A stretch of DNA of 58,339 nt from an uncultured Eubacteriales bacterium (GCA_949288095.1 CASEIX010000024.1:1-58339); one strand, 5' to 3'. Numbered from the stretch's first letter, positions 39,438-49,410 are shown. The notes: generated by a model from the letters alone, not told the origin. Numbers and translations: made by a program.

Positions 39438-39701
39438 ATGGAAGTTTTAAAAATTTCATCAAAATCAAATCCTAATTCAGTAGCAGGAGCAATTGCTGGA
39501 TTAGTAAAAGAATCAAACAAGGCAGAAATGCAAGCAATCGGAGCAGGAGCATTAAATCAAGCGGTAAAGGCAGTTGCAATAGCAAGAGGCTTTGTAGCAC
39601 CATCAGGTGTAGACTTAGTTTGTATACCTGCATTTGCAGAAGTGGAGGTAGAAGGAGAAGATAGAACAGGTATCAAATTGATAGTGGAATCAAGAGGATA
39701 A
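39438..39701 (+). CDS. spoVS: stage V sporulation protein S
   Basis: MEVLKISSKSNPNSVAGAIAGLVKE...GAGALNQAVKAVAIARGF. The ATG lies after GGAGG; the track start at 39399 is too long. Confidence 0.95.
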   Translation: MEVLKISSKSNPNSVAGAIAGLVKESNKAEMQAIGAGALNQAVKAVAIARGFVAPSGVDLVCIPAFAEVEVEGEDRTGIKLIVESRG

Positions 39702-39713
39702 AAAGGATAAATA

Positions 39714-39745
39714 ACAGACTACAAAATAGTAGTCTGTTTTGTTTT
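39714..39745 (+). terminator. rho-independent terminator of spoVS
   Basis: ACAGACTAC-AAAATA-GTAGTCTGTTTTGTTTT. Confidence 0.8.
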
Positions 39746-39858
39746 GTCCAATTGGGGACGTTTCTTTTTGGACATTTTATTTATATTTGTTACTTATAAT
39801 TTCTTTTTTAGACAACACATCAAAAAAATGTCCAAAAAGAAACGTCCCCAATTGGACA
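39746..39858. repeat. 113-bp MITE-like element with perfect 30-bp terminal inverted repeats
   Basis: TGTCCAATTGGGGACGTTTCTTTTTGGACA at 39746..39775 is matched by its exact reverse complement at 39829..39858. It shares ATTGGGGACG with the REP family. Confidence 0.85.
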
Positions 39859-39927
39859 CTTGACAATTAGAAGATATTATGAAAAAATACAAACGATAAA
39901 AGTAAAGAATAGAAGGAGGACTAAAAA

Positions 39928-40389
39928 ATGGAAAAAAAGAGAGGATTTGAAATTGCAAAAGGATTTGAGGATAAACAAATCAATCTTCCAATTAGAAAAA
40001 CAAAATATAGTGCAGGATATGATATAGAAGCAGCAGAAGACACAATCATTCCAAGTTTTAAAAAAGGAACAAACCCAACATTAGTAAAAACAGGATTAAA
40101 AGCATATATGCAAGATGATGAAGTACTATTATTATATAATCGTAGTTCTAATCCAAAAAAGAAAGGATTAATTATGGCAAATAGTGTTGGTGTAATCGAT
40201 AAAGATTACTATGGAAATCCTGATAATGATGGTCACTTCATGTTTGCATTTTATAACATAAAAGAAGAAGATGTAGTGATAAAAAAAGGTGAAGCAATTG
40301 GACAAGCAATCTTTCAAAAATATTTAGTAACAGATGATGATGCGGCAGAAGGAGAAAGAGTGGGAGGATTTGGTTCAACAACAAAATAA
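39928..40389 (+). CDS. dut: dUTP diphosphatase
   Basis: SAGYDI motif, a beta-barrel body and the C-terminal GERVGGFGSTTK motif 5. Confidence 0.8.
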   Translation: MEKKRGFEIAKGFEDKQINLPIRKTKYSAGYDIEAAEDTIIPSFKKGTNPTLVKTGLKAYMQDDEVLLLYNRSSNPKKKGLIMANSVGVIDKDYYGNPDNDGHFMFAFYNIKEEDVVIKKGEAIGQAIFQKYLVTDDDAAEGERVGGFGSTTK

Positions 40390-40602
40390 TCCTAAAAAGA
40401 TGCAAAAAAAATTCTTCTTAGAGCGGTAAGGATTACAGGAAAAATATACATAAAAAATGACGGTAATGGCTTTGACTTTTACCGTTTTTTGTTGTATAAT
40501 AGATATGGTTAAAAAATCCAATAAAGTTATTAAAAGGTATTGACATAACTTTATTATATTTTTTCTGCCAAATAAATTAAAATGCTGAAAGGAGTGACTT
40601 AC

Positions 40603-41178
40603 ATGTTCAATGTAGGAGACAAGATCGTATACCCAATGCACGGGGCAGGAACAATAGATGCAATAGAAGAAAAAGATATTTTAGGACAAAAACAGTCTTA
40701 TTATATTTTAAAAATGCCAGGTGAGGTTAAAGTAATGATACCAACCGCAAAAGCAGAAGAAGTTGGGGTTAGAAATATAATTGACAAAGAATCAGCAGAT
40801 AAAGTATTTGGAGTTTTAGAACAAGATGAAACAGCTATGGATAAAAATTGGAATAAACGCTATAGAGACAACATGGAAAAGATGAAGAGCGGAGATATTT
40901 ATGAAATAGCTGATGTCGTTAGAAATTTAAGCTTTAAACAAAAAGAAAAAGGACTTTCAACAGGCGAGAAAAAAATGTTAAACAATGCAAAACAAATTTT
41001 AGTTAGTGAGTTAGTTTTAGCAGAACATGCATCACAAGAAGAAGTAGAACAATTAGTTGAAAATAAAATTAACACATCATTTATGATGTTTAGAGCAGAT
41101 GATGTATCAACAGAAAGTGTCGTAAATAAATTCATACCTTTTGAAGGTACAGAAGGAACAGGAACAGATAATACTTAA
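40603..41178 (+). CDS. carD: CarD/CdnL-family RNA-polymerase-binding regulator
   Basis: MFNVGDKIVYPMHGAGTIDAIEEKDILGQKQSYYILKM. The ATG lies 8 nt after GAAAGGAG. It has a longer-than-usual acidic C-terminal tail. Confidence 0.85.
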   Translation: MFNVGDKIVYPMHGAGTIDAIEEKDILGQKQSYYILKMPGEVKVMIPTAKAEEVGVRNIIDKESADKVFGVLEQDETAMDKNWNKRYRDNMEKMKSGDIYEIADVVRNLSFKQKEKGLSTGEKKMLNNAKQILVSELVLAEHASQEEVEQLVENKINTSFMMFRADDVSTESVVNKFIPFEGTEGTGTDNT

Positions 41179-41267
41179 CATTAACCCATGAGAAGCCTAA
41201 TTTTATAGGCTTCTTGAAATTTGACTACTATTTATACTAGAAAAATAAAAAAATATGGGAAAAACTA

Positions 41268-41296
41268 TTGACAAAAAAAAGAACAAATATTATAAT
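41268..41296 (+). promoter_or_regulatory. consensus sigma-A promoter for tRNA-Leu
   Basis: TTGACA, a 17-nt spacer, then TATAAT, about 35 nt upstream of the tRNA 5' end. Confidence 0.7.
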
Positions 41297-41331
41297 AACT
41301 ATTGTCGTCAAGATAAAACCAGTTCAAATAT

Positions 41332-41419
41332 GCAGATGTGGCGGAACTGGTAGACGCACAGGACTTAAAATCCTGCGGTTGAATAAACCGTGCCGGTTCG
41401 ATTCCGGCCATCTGCACCA
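41332..41419 (+). tRNA. tRNA-Leu (anticodon UAA), type II with long variable arm, encoded CCA
   Basis: Acceptor GCAGATG pairs with CATCTGC. The anticodon stem CAGGA/TCCTG carries the loop CT-TAA-AA. The T arm is CCGGTTCGATTCCGG, followed by a discriminator A and CCA. Confidence 0.9.
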
Positions 41420-41420
41420 A

Positions 41421-41455
41421 AAAGTTGAAATTTTAACCAATTTCAGCTTTTTTTA
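41421..41455 (+). terminator. rho-independent terminator after tRNA-Leu
   Basis: AAAGTTGAAATT-TTAACC-AATTTCAGCTTTTTTTT. Confidence 0.75.
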
Positions 41456-41821
41456 TTGTCTTAGACAACAAGGTTCTGGGGTACCCGACTGCAATCTTTG
41501 ATTGCTATGTCGGGTCAGGTTCTTATTTTTATTCAAAAGTATTTGAAAGTATTGATATGATTGCATTTTAGCTATTTTCATTATTCAATCTATTTTCAAA
41601 ATTGTTTGCCATTATTCATTAATTTTTATTTCGTGCACGGAATCTGCACAGAGGATTTGCTCGATAAAATATCCTTTGTAATAGCATTAAAAATTAAGTG
41701 TTATAGAGAGTTGATAATTAATATAGTTTATGATAATATATCTAAAGATTGTTACTAGATGATAATTATTCTACTTTTAAATAATGGAGATATACAAAAT
41801 AATATTTAAGGGAGAGGAAAG

Positions 41822-42583
41822 ATGGATAAAAAGAAAATCGTTTTAATAACAGGAGGAGCAAGTGGAATTGGATTTGGAACAATAGAATATTTATTAGAAC
41901 AAAGAAATTATGAGATTATTTCAGTTTCAAGAGGGGAGAAAAATATAGCTATAGCAAAAGAAAAATTGCGTGATAATGTTAGACATGTTACTTTTTTACA
42001 AGGAGATATAAGTTCAGAAAAAGATTGCCAAAAGATATATGAAGAAATAAATAATAAATATAGTCGATTAGATGGTTTAGTAAATTCAGCAGGAATTATA
42101 AAATTAGGTGGAATAGAAGAACAAACTTTAGAAGAATGGAATAATTCAATAAATATAAATTTGACGGGAATATTTTTATTAACGAAAACTTTATTACCTT
42201 TATTAAAAAAGGGAACAAATCCATCAATAGTTAATATTTCGTCTATGTCTTCTGAAAGGGCAGGAGGTTCAATTGCTTACTGTGCAAGTAAAGCAGGAGT
42301 AGACATGCTAACGAAATACATGGGACAAGAACTTGGCAAATATAATATAAGAGTCAATAGTGTAAATCCAGCTGCAGTATATACAAATATTTATGTTGCT
42401 AGTGGTGATTATACTCAAGAAGGATATGATAAATGGTCAGAAGATAAAAAGAAATCATATCCATTAGGACGAATAGGAGATGCCAAAAAAGATATAGCAC
42501 CAACAATAGAATTTTTATTATCAGATAAATCTCTATGGACAACAGGTTCGATTTATCTTGTAGATGGAGGAAAAAGTATATAA
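41822..42583 (+). CDS. classical short-chain dehydrogenase/reductase (FabG-like)
   Basis: TGGASGIG cofactor motif, NSAG, and catalytic S...YCASK. Confidence 0.85.
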   Translation: MDKKKIVLITGGASGIGFGTIEYLLEQRNYEIISVSRGEKNIAIAKEKLRDNVRHVTFLQGDISSEKDCQKIYEEINNKYSRLDGLVNSAGIIKLGGIEEQTLEEWNNSININLTGIFLLTKTLLPLLKKGTNPSIVNISSMSSERAGGSIAYCASKAGVDMLTKYMGQELGKYNIRVNSVNPAAVYTNIYVASGDYTQEGYDKWSEDKKKSYPLGRIGDAKKDIAPTIEFLLSDKSLWTTGSIYLVDGGKSI

Positions 42584-42756
42584 TAATTAAAAACATCATT
42601 GTTTTTAATAAATGTGTTTGTCGCCTCCTCTTTGGTGACTAATAAAAGGAGGAATATTATGGGATTATATGTAGAAATTAATGATACTTACAAATAACAA
42701 AAGAACAAAGTTTTCCAAAAGAATTAGATTGGAAACAACATCTAAAAATACCATAT

Positions 42757-43008
42757 ATGGCAGAACAATTTAAAGATAAAATATTTGAATCTAAAGACAA
42801 ACCTAGTATTAAAAACTATCAAATGCCACCAGCAAGAAATTTTTTAGTTGAAAATATTGATGGAAAAATGAAGAAAAAAGAAAAATATCCAAGTGATGTA
42901 TTTAAAAATAGGATAAAAAAAGTTGATAAAGAAATAACTAAAAAAACAGAATCGCTAGAGAATGTTCAATTAGCTAAGATGAATGATAAAAATAGAAAGC
43001 TATTTTAA
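42757..43008 (+). CDS. hypothetical basic 83-aa protein
   Basis: ORF only. There is no convincing SD. It ends 19 nt before the giant ORF. Confidence 0.3.
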   Translation: MAEQFKDKIFESKDKPSIKNYQMPPARNFLVENIDGKMKKKEKYPSDVFKNRIKKVDKEITKKTESLENVQLAKMNDKNRKLF

Positions 43009-43027
43009 CATAAATGGAGATTAAAAG

Positions 43028-46000
43028 ATGGAAGAAAAAATATTTGATATAGATAAATTTAATATAATACAAGATGAAGATAATTATTATTTGTTTAGAG
43101 CACTAAATTTAGATGACCAAAGAGAAATAAGCGAGGGATTAACGACAGAAAATGGCGTAATACAAAGAGTAATTACAAATAAACAAAGATATCCTGAAAA
43201 TGATAAATATGCAGATAGAGAAGAAATATCTTTACAAGAAGTATGGGATCATACAAAAAGTGTTAATTTTTATAAAGGAACTAATTGTATATCATTATCT
43301 TCAAATGCTAATGTATCTATAGACTATGGATCAAAATATGGTCATAAATATTCAATGATAAAAGTACCTAAAAAGCAGAGTAATCAAATATATAATGCTG
43401 GTCAATATATGCTTGTAGAATTAAATAGAGTACTTGATGAGGCTATAAGAAGAATACCACAAGATTCTGAAGTTATAAAGTTAATAGATGAAATAGAAGG
43501 TGAACATAATTATAATGAGATAAAAACTGTAATAGGAGAATGCTTTAAGACTGCAAATTCAAATGGTAAATATACATCTCAAGCTAATATAAGAGCAAGG
43601 CAATCAATGATTGAAAGGTTTAATAAAAGACAAGCTTTTTCTGAAGAACAACAGTTAGAATATAATAAAGTTATTGGGAAACTTACTGTACTTGAGTCTT
43701 ATGGAATGTTGCCAAAAGAAATTTTTGACACAATTAATATACCATCATTAATTAGAACAATAGGGAGTGAATTTTCAAATAGAGAATTTGTACATTATGG
43801 AGAAATAAGTTCAGAAGAATTGATGCCTATATCAAAAATAAATATTGATATATTTGCTTGGCTTCAAGTAGCAAAAGAACAAGGTATTGATCCACAAATA
43901 ATAGATAAAATTGAGAGAATATTTATTGAATATACAAATCAAGGATTTGAATTAGTAGAAAAAGATGGTAAATTATTTTACTCAAATGGAAAAGAAAAAA
44001 TAGATTTAGATATAGGTGATGATAGTATACTTGTAACTGAAAATAGTTTAGATAGTAGTTCAGATTTTTCTATTGATGAAATGTTTGAAAGAACGAATGG
44101 AACTATAGGCTATTCAAAATCAAAAAATGCAGCAGAATTTGTATATTCTTTAAGTATAGCACAAAGAAAATCTATAGAAATAGCAAATATTTTAAAGATA
44201 ATTTTAAATGATGATAGATTAAATGATATTTTAGAAGAAATAGGAAATAAATCAATAGCAATAAATGATGATATTATTACTAGAAAAAACGGAAGAGGAA
44301 TACAAATATCAGAATCTGTAAACATTGATATGAATAGAGGAGAAAATAAATTATTTTCAGATGACGAACAAAGAAAAATATACGAAAAAATAAAAAGTCT
44401 ATCAGTAGAACAATTGGATACTATAATATCTAAAAATGGAAAAGACCTAGAACAAGAGATTTATATAGAAAATCTAGATCACAGTGAGATTGACGAAAAT
44501 ATTACAAGAGAAGAGAGATTAAATAGATATTATGCAGAAACTATATTAGACACTTTGGATTTCTCACAAATATATAGAAATGCAATAAAGGATAAAAGCT
44601 TAAATGAGCAAGAAAGAGAACAAATATTAAATCAACTTGAAAAAGCAGATTGCAAAAGATTAGTTAAAGCTTTTATAAAAGCAGGAATAGCAGAAAGCGA
44701 AGTTGCAGGATATATTATTAATATTCTTGCAAGTAATGGTTACCAAGGCTATACATTTGAGGAATTATCTAAATTAGATAACTTAGAGGATATTATTAGC
44801 AAAAATATAAAAAATACTAATTTAAAAGGGCACGTTTATCCATCTGTAATGGAAGAGTTAAGAGGAATAAGAGATAATGATAATCGTGTAGGAGATACAT
44901 TAATTAATTTAAGAGATTATCAGCAAGAAACAGTTGATAATGTAGATGAAATATATGCAGCAGGGAAAAGATTTGCAGGAGTAGTATTACCTACTGGTGC
45001 AGGAAAATCATTTATAGCTATGGCAGAAATGCTAAAAAATCAAAATGGAAATATTTTATATATAGCACCACAAAAAGAAATTTTAAATCAAGTTCAAAGA
45101 CATATTTTAAAATACATAGCTGGAGTTGAGGTATTAACAACCAAAGAAATTAATGAGTTAAAAGAAGAGCAGAACATCACAAATATAAAAAAATTAAAAT
45201 TACCAGAGGGAAAAATACTGCCAAAACAAGTAAATGAATATGTAAAAAAAGTTTTTCCACATTTAAAAATGTTTTGCTACCAAGGATTAGCTTCTCAAGA
45301 TGAAAAAGATTTATCTGATGAACAATTAAAAGAAAGAAATGAAGAAGAAAGAGAATTACGAGAAATTTTAAAAAATGCTGATGCTAACCTAATTGTTTTA
45401 GATGAATTACATAGAAGTGGTGCAAAAACATGGAAAGGAGTAGTAGAAAAATTAATAAAATCCAATGATAAAGCAAATATACTTGGAATAACAGCTACAC
45501 CTATTAGAGATGTGGATCATGTAGACATGATGAAAGAAATAGCTAAAATGACGGGGACATATACAGACGAAGAATTAGCTCAAAAAAAGCATTTAGCATA
45601 TGAAATGTATTTAACTGATGCAATACAAAGAGGAATAGTAGTAGAACCAAAAATTGTTTCATTTGATTTTATGTTACGAGATACAGAAGAATATAAAGAA
45701 ATATTAGAAATGATAGAAAAAGAACAAGATGAAGACAAAAAAAAGAAATTAGAGGAAATTAAATCTCAAATTGATGAATTAATAAATGGTGACACTGAAA
45801 TTTCTGAATATATCAAAAATAATATTTCTTCAAAAGAAAATGAAGAGATAGGAAAAATTATAAAAAGTACAATAAGAAAGAAAGATGGAAGATATATAGT
45901 ATTTTTACCACAGAATACTACTAAGCTTCCAACAGAAGAATATATAAAACAAGAGATAGAAAAAGTAAAAGAATATTTTAAAGATATAGATGCAGATCCT

Positions 46001-49000
46001 GAAATAGGATATTTAATGAATGGAAAAGATAAAAATAATTTTAATGCAATATCTAATTTTGAAAATTCTGATTCACTTCATATAAAGTTATTATTTGCTA
46101 TAGATAAATTAAATGAAGGTGTGCATATAGATGGAATTAATGGTGAAATAATGCTTAGAAAAATTAACAATGGAAGTACTATTTTATATTTACAACAATT
46201 AGGAAGAGCAATATTTGCAATAGACCCAGACCATCCATTATCAGAAGATGAGATACCTATAGTATATGATATATATAATAATTACTTAGTGCAGAACTTG
46301 AATAGAACCATAAATGAAACAACTCCAAAATCAGATTTACAAAAATTACAAGAAATTATGGAATGGATGGATAAGCATGGCTATATTCCAGATATAAATA
46401 GTGAAAATACAATGGAAGCACGAAAAGCTATTACATTAAAGAAAATTCAAACAAAATATAAAAAATATATAGATGGAATAGATAATCCGAGATTAAGTGA
46501 ATCAGACATATATGAAATTGAACAAGTTATGGAATTAGCCAACGCAATAGATTTATTTAATATGGAAATTGGAGATAGAATAATACCACCAGGAGAAAAA
46601 GAGCTAGATGAGGTTCAACTATTTAAAGTAACAGCTGTTCAAAAGAAATTTATGGAACTATATAAAGATGCAAATAAAGTTATAGCTAATGTTGAAAGAC
46701 ATAAGAATAATCCAATAGCTAGATTAAATGATGTCATGATTATTTTGGAGACATTAAATAGCAAAGATGTATTTATAGATAATAATTTAATTCAATATAA
46801 TACTACATTAAAAGAACTTATAGAAAGATGCCCAGAAGAAATTCAAGCCAGTTTGTACGAGGAACTTTCTGACTTTGACGAAAAATATCCTATTGGCAAA
46901 GGTTATAATTTTGCTAAAGCGTCATTTAGAGATCATTATTTGTGGAAATATTATGCTGATTCAGATGTGAGAAAATTATATGCCTGTGGTATATTTGAAG
47001 ATATAGACAAAGATTATATTTTTAGGGAAGTAGAAGATTTAAGTACTAGAGATAGAATTACTAGGAAAGTATTAGATGAAGATTTTATAATTTGCGGAAA
47101 TGCGAATTTAAAGGAAATAAATGTAAAAACAGGTACTTTATATAATGAACAAGGACAGACATATAAGCAAATATGTAGCATGAGAGAAAGTAGGGAAGAG
47201 AAACAATTAGATAAACTTGTTCATGTTATTCAAGCTGTTTATAGTCGTTTTTCTTTTAGTTTTGCTAATGAAAATATAGATGAAATTCCAGAAGGTAAAA
47301 TTAGAGAAATAGTATTTAATACAACAGGAGAAGGAATAGGTATGCCGTTTTCTGATGTTCCACAAATGTACTTCTTGAAACAAGAAATATTAAAAGCTAG
47401 AGAGTATATAGAAAGTAATTATGAATCATATAATCAGGAAGATATTATTAAGTTTAAAAAATATGGTATATTACCAATAAATATAGATGAGAATGGACTG
47501 GATAAAGAAACAAAATTACCAAGAGAAGAGTTTGGAACTAATATAGAACAATATAAACAAAAAAGAGCTCAAGAAGAACAAGCTGCAAGAATAAAGGAAA
47601 GAGTGGAAAAAACAATAAGTGTATTAGAAGATATTTCATCTATTTTAGGGTATAAATATAGCTTTGCTAATGAAAATATAGATGAGCTTCCTAATAAAAA
47701 TCTTTCTGGATTTTTAGATAAATTATTAGATAGGTTAAAATTACCAGAAAGAAATAAATACCTACCTACTAAGTATTCGCTTAGAGAAGAAGTTTTATTT
47801 GCGAGAGAGCATATAGAAGAAATTTTTCCAACCATAAAAGAAGATAAATCGATGCTAATTAAATTTAAAGTATTAGGTGTATTACCATTAAAATTTGATT
47901 CAGAAGGTAATGAAATAGAAACTGGTTTGCCTAGGGATTATTTTAAAACAGGTTTGATGAATTTATATAAACAAAAAGAAAAAGAGGAAACACAAAGAAA
48001 ACAGCAAGAGGCAGAAGCAAAAAGAGATGAACGTATTAGAATGCAAAAAGAAAGAGAACAAAGAGAAAAAGAGTGGCAAGAGAGAAAAGAAAGAGAAAGA
48101 AAAAGGAAGGAAAAAGAAAAAGAAAGAAAAAAGAGAGAAAAAGAAGAACGATATAATGTTGGTGATGATGGATATAATTCAAAAGGGGAATATTTATATA
48201 AGGGAAAATTATACCCATATAATCCATTAACTGGAAAAAAAGCAGATGGCACATATGCAGTAGAAGCTAGAGATGAAAGAGGTTTTAATCCAGATAGAAC
48301 ATATAAAGATACAGGAGACTATTATGATGAAAATGGTCTAGATTATGATTATAAAGATAGAGAAGGATTTGATACAATTTATCATTTTGACAAAGACGGA
48401 TATTATTACGAAAAAAACGAAAACGGAGAATATGTAAACACAGGTTTAAAATATAATCCTATGGGATTCGGGGCAGATAAATTACATGTAGTAACTAAGA
48501 CTGCCGTAGATGTAAGAGGCTTTACAATAGATGGTAATTGTATAAGAAATGAAAATAAAAAATATGATAGAAAAGGATTTAAACAAGATGGAACACATAA
48601 GGATACTGGAGAAATCTATTATAATGGCTATAATGCATTTGGAGTTGATAAAAATGGAAAAAATGAAAAAGGAAAAACGCCAAGAGAAATAATTTTTGCA
48701 AAAGACTTTATAATTAACGGAGTGACAAAAGGTAATTTAAAAGCAACTCTAAAAAAATATGGTATAACATCTGAATATTCATTAAACTTAAATTTATATA
48801 CTGCGGCGGAAATGTGGCCTCAAATAAAATTGTTGATTCGTAGACAAATATTTGAATTCCAAACAAAGATAAAAAAAAGAGAAGATAAAATTGCACAATT
48901 AGAGAAGGAAAAAAATAATAATACCGAGTTAATAAAGAAACTGAAAAAAGATAATGAGCGATTAAAAAAGAATATTTCATATTTGAATCCAATGGAAGAG

Positions 49001-49012
49001 ATAGATAAATAA
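43028..49012 (+). CDS. giant (1,994 aa) multidomain protein with central SF2 DExH helicase core
   Basis: SD GGAG is upstream. Motif I is VVLPTGAGKSF (about nt 44991), motif II LIVLDELHRSG (about 45401), motif III GITATP and motif VI LQQLGRAIF (about 46193). The N-terminal ~620 aa and C-terminal ~900 aa are unassigned. Confidence 0.85.
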   Translation: MEEKIFDIDKFNIIQDEDNYYLFRALNLDDQREISEGLTTENGVIQRVITNKQRYPENDKYADREEISLQEVWDHTKSVNFYKGTNCISLSSNANVSIDYGSKYGHKYSMIKVPKKQSNQIYNAGQYMLVELNRVLDEAIRRIPQDSEVIKLIDEIEGEHNYNEIKTVIGECFKTANSNGKYTSQANIRARQSMIERFNKRQAFSEEQQLEYNKVIGKLTVLESYGMLPKEIFDTINIPSLIRTIGSEFSNREFVHYGEISSEELMPISKINIDIFAWLQVAKEQGIDPQIIDKIERIFIEYTNQGFELVEKDGKLFYSNGKEKIDLDIGDDSILVTENSLDSSSDFSIDEMFERTNGTIGYSKSKNAAEFVYSLSIAQRKSIEIANILKIILNDDRLNDILEEIGNKSIAINDDIITRKNGRGIQISESVNIDMNRGENKLFSDDEQRKIYEKIKSLSVEQLDTIISKNGKDLEQEIYIENLDHSEIDENITREERLNRYYAETILDTLDFSQIYRNAIKDKSLNEQEREQILNQLEKADCKRLVKAFIKAGIAESEVAGYIINILASNGYQGYTFEELSKLDNLEDIISKNIKNTNLKGHVYPSVMEELRGIRDNDNRVGDTLINLRDYQQETVDNVDEIYAAGKRFAGVVLPTGAGKSFIAMAEMLKNQNGNILYIAPQKEILNQVQRHILKYIAGVEVLTTKEINELKEEQNITNIKKLKLPEGKILPKQVNEYVKKVFPHLKMFCYQGLASQDEKDLSDEQLKERNEEERELREILKNADANLIVLDELHRSGAKTWKGVVEKLIKSNDKANILGITATPIRDVDHVDMMKEIAKMTGTYTDEELAQKKHLAYEMYLTDAIQRGIVVEPKIVSFDFMLRDTEEYKEILEMIEKEQDEDKKKKLEEIKSQIDELINGDTEISEYIKNNISSKENEEIGKIIKSTIRKKDGRYIVFLPQNTTKLPTEEYIKQEIEKVKEYFKDIDADPEIGYLMNGKDKNNFNAISNFENSDSLHIKLLFAIDKLNEGVHIDGINGEIMLRKINNGSTILYLQQLGRAIFAIDPDHPLSEDEIPIVYDIYNNYLVQNLNRTINETTPKSDLQKLQEIMEWMDKHGYIPDINSENTMEARKAITLKKIQTKYKKYIDGIDNPRLSESDIYEIEQVMELANAIDLFNMEIGDRIIPPGEKELDEVQLFKVTAVQKKFMELYKDANKVIANVERHKNNPIARLNDVMIILETLNSKDVFIDNNLIQYNTTLKELIERCPEEIQASLYEELSDFDEKYPIGKGYNFAKASFRDHYLWKYYADSDVRKLYACGIFEDIDKDYIFREVEDLSTRDRITRKVLDEDFIICGNANLKEINVKTGTLYNEQGQTYKQICSMRESREEKQLDKLVHVIQAVYSRFSFSFANENIDEIPEGKIREIVFNTTGEGIGMPFSDVPQMYFLKQEILKAREYIESNYESYNQEDIIKFKKYGILPINIDENGLDKETKLPREEFGTNIEQYKQKRAQEEQAARIKERVEKTISVLEDISSILGYKYSFANENIDELPNKNLSGFLDKLLDRLKLPERNKYLPTKYSLREEVLFAREHIEEIFPTIKEDKSMLIKFKVLGVLPLKFDSEGNEIETGLPRDYFKTGLMNLYKQKEKEETQRKQQEAEAKRDERIRMQKEREQREKEWQERKERERKRKEKEKERKKREKEERYNVGDDGYNSKGEYLYKGKLYPYNPLTGKKADGTYAVEARDERGFNPDRTYKDTGDYYDENGLDYDYKDREGFDTIYHFDKDGYYYEKNENGEYVNTGLKYNPMGFGADKLHVVTKTAVDVRGFTIDGNCIRNENKKYDRKGFKQDGTHKDTGEIYYNGYNAFGVDKNGKNEKGKTPREIIFAKDFIINGVTKGNLKATLKKYGITSEYSLNLNLYTAAEMWPQIKLLIRRQIFEFQTKIKKREDKIAQLEKEKNNNTELIKKLKKDNERLKKNISYLNPMEEIDK

Positions 49013-49026
49013 GTTAAGAGGTAAAA

Positions 49027-49410
49027 ATGAATAAAATTAAAAAATTTTTTAAAAAAATAAAAAGATATTTTAAAAGAATATTTAATAGGCAAAATACTAA
49101 ATTAATAGAAGAATCTACCATTAATAATGTTGATAAAGATATAAGCAATGATGAATTTATTGATGAAAAAAAGAAACAGAAAGAAGAGTTTTTTAATTTA
49201 TATAATAATGTGAAAAATGGTACTATTAATGTTAATAATTTGATGATAAATGATTTAATAAAAGTTCAATTTATGATGAAAAAAGAAATAGGTATTTTGG
49301 ATGAAAAAATTAATCAAAAAGAAAATGAAGTTAATATACAAAATACAGAAATAAATATATTAAATAGGGAGAAAGAAAAAAATGAAAAAAGTTCAAAAAG
49401 ATCAAGCTAA
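49027..49410 (+). CDS. hypothetical protein with basic N-terminus and coiled-coil C-terminus
   Basis: SD AGAGG is upstream. It starts 14 nt after the giant ORF stop. MNKIKKFFKKIKRYFKRIFNR... Confidence 0.5.
   Translation: MNKIKKFFKKIKRYFKRIFNRQNTKLIEESTINNVDKDISNDEFIDEKKKQKEEFFNLYNNVKNGTINVNNLMINDLIKVQFMMKKEIGILDEKINQKENEVNIQNTEINILNREKEKNEKSSKRSS

Noticed and set aside
41268-41501. A 77-aa ORF spanning the tRNA-Leu region.
   Set aside because: It starts at the TTG of the promoter -35 box and reads straight through a tRNA gene that folds as a canonical cloverleaf, so it is an artefact of the ORF caller.
41485-41520. The hairpin CCCGAC-TGCAATCTTTGATTGCTAT-GTCGGG downstream of the tRNA terminator, considered as a small RNA or att site.
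   Set aside because: It is a single short stem-loop with no repeat partner elsewhere in the window and no recognisable RNA-family motif, which is insufficient for a call.
43028-43400. A possible ADP-ribosyltransferase-like R / S-x-S / E pattern (YLFRAL, ISLSSN) at the giant protein's N-terminus.
   Set aside because: These are only two short, common strings, and no convincing catalytic E-x-E follows at the expected spacing. It cannot be supported without a profile or structure search.
47938-48254. Three ORFs (48027..48230 +, 47938..48252 -, 48036..48254 -) inside the giant gene.
   Set aside because: They are alternative-frame readings of the polypurine K/E/R-rich tract, so the open frames are a by-product of the composition.
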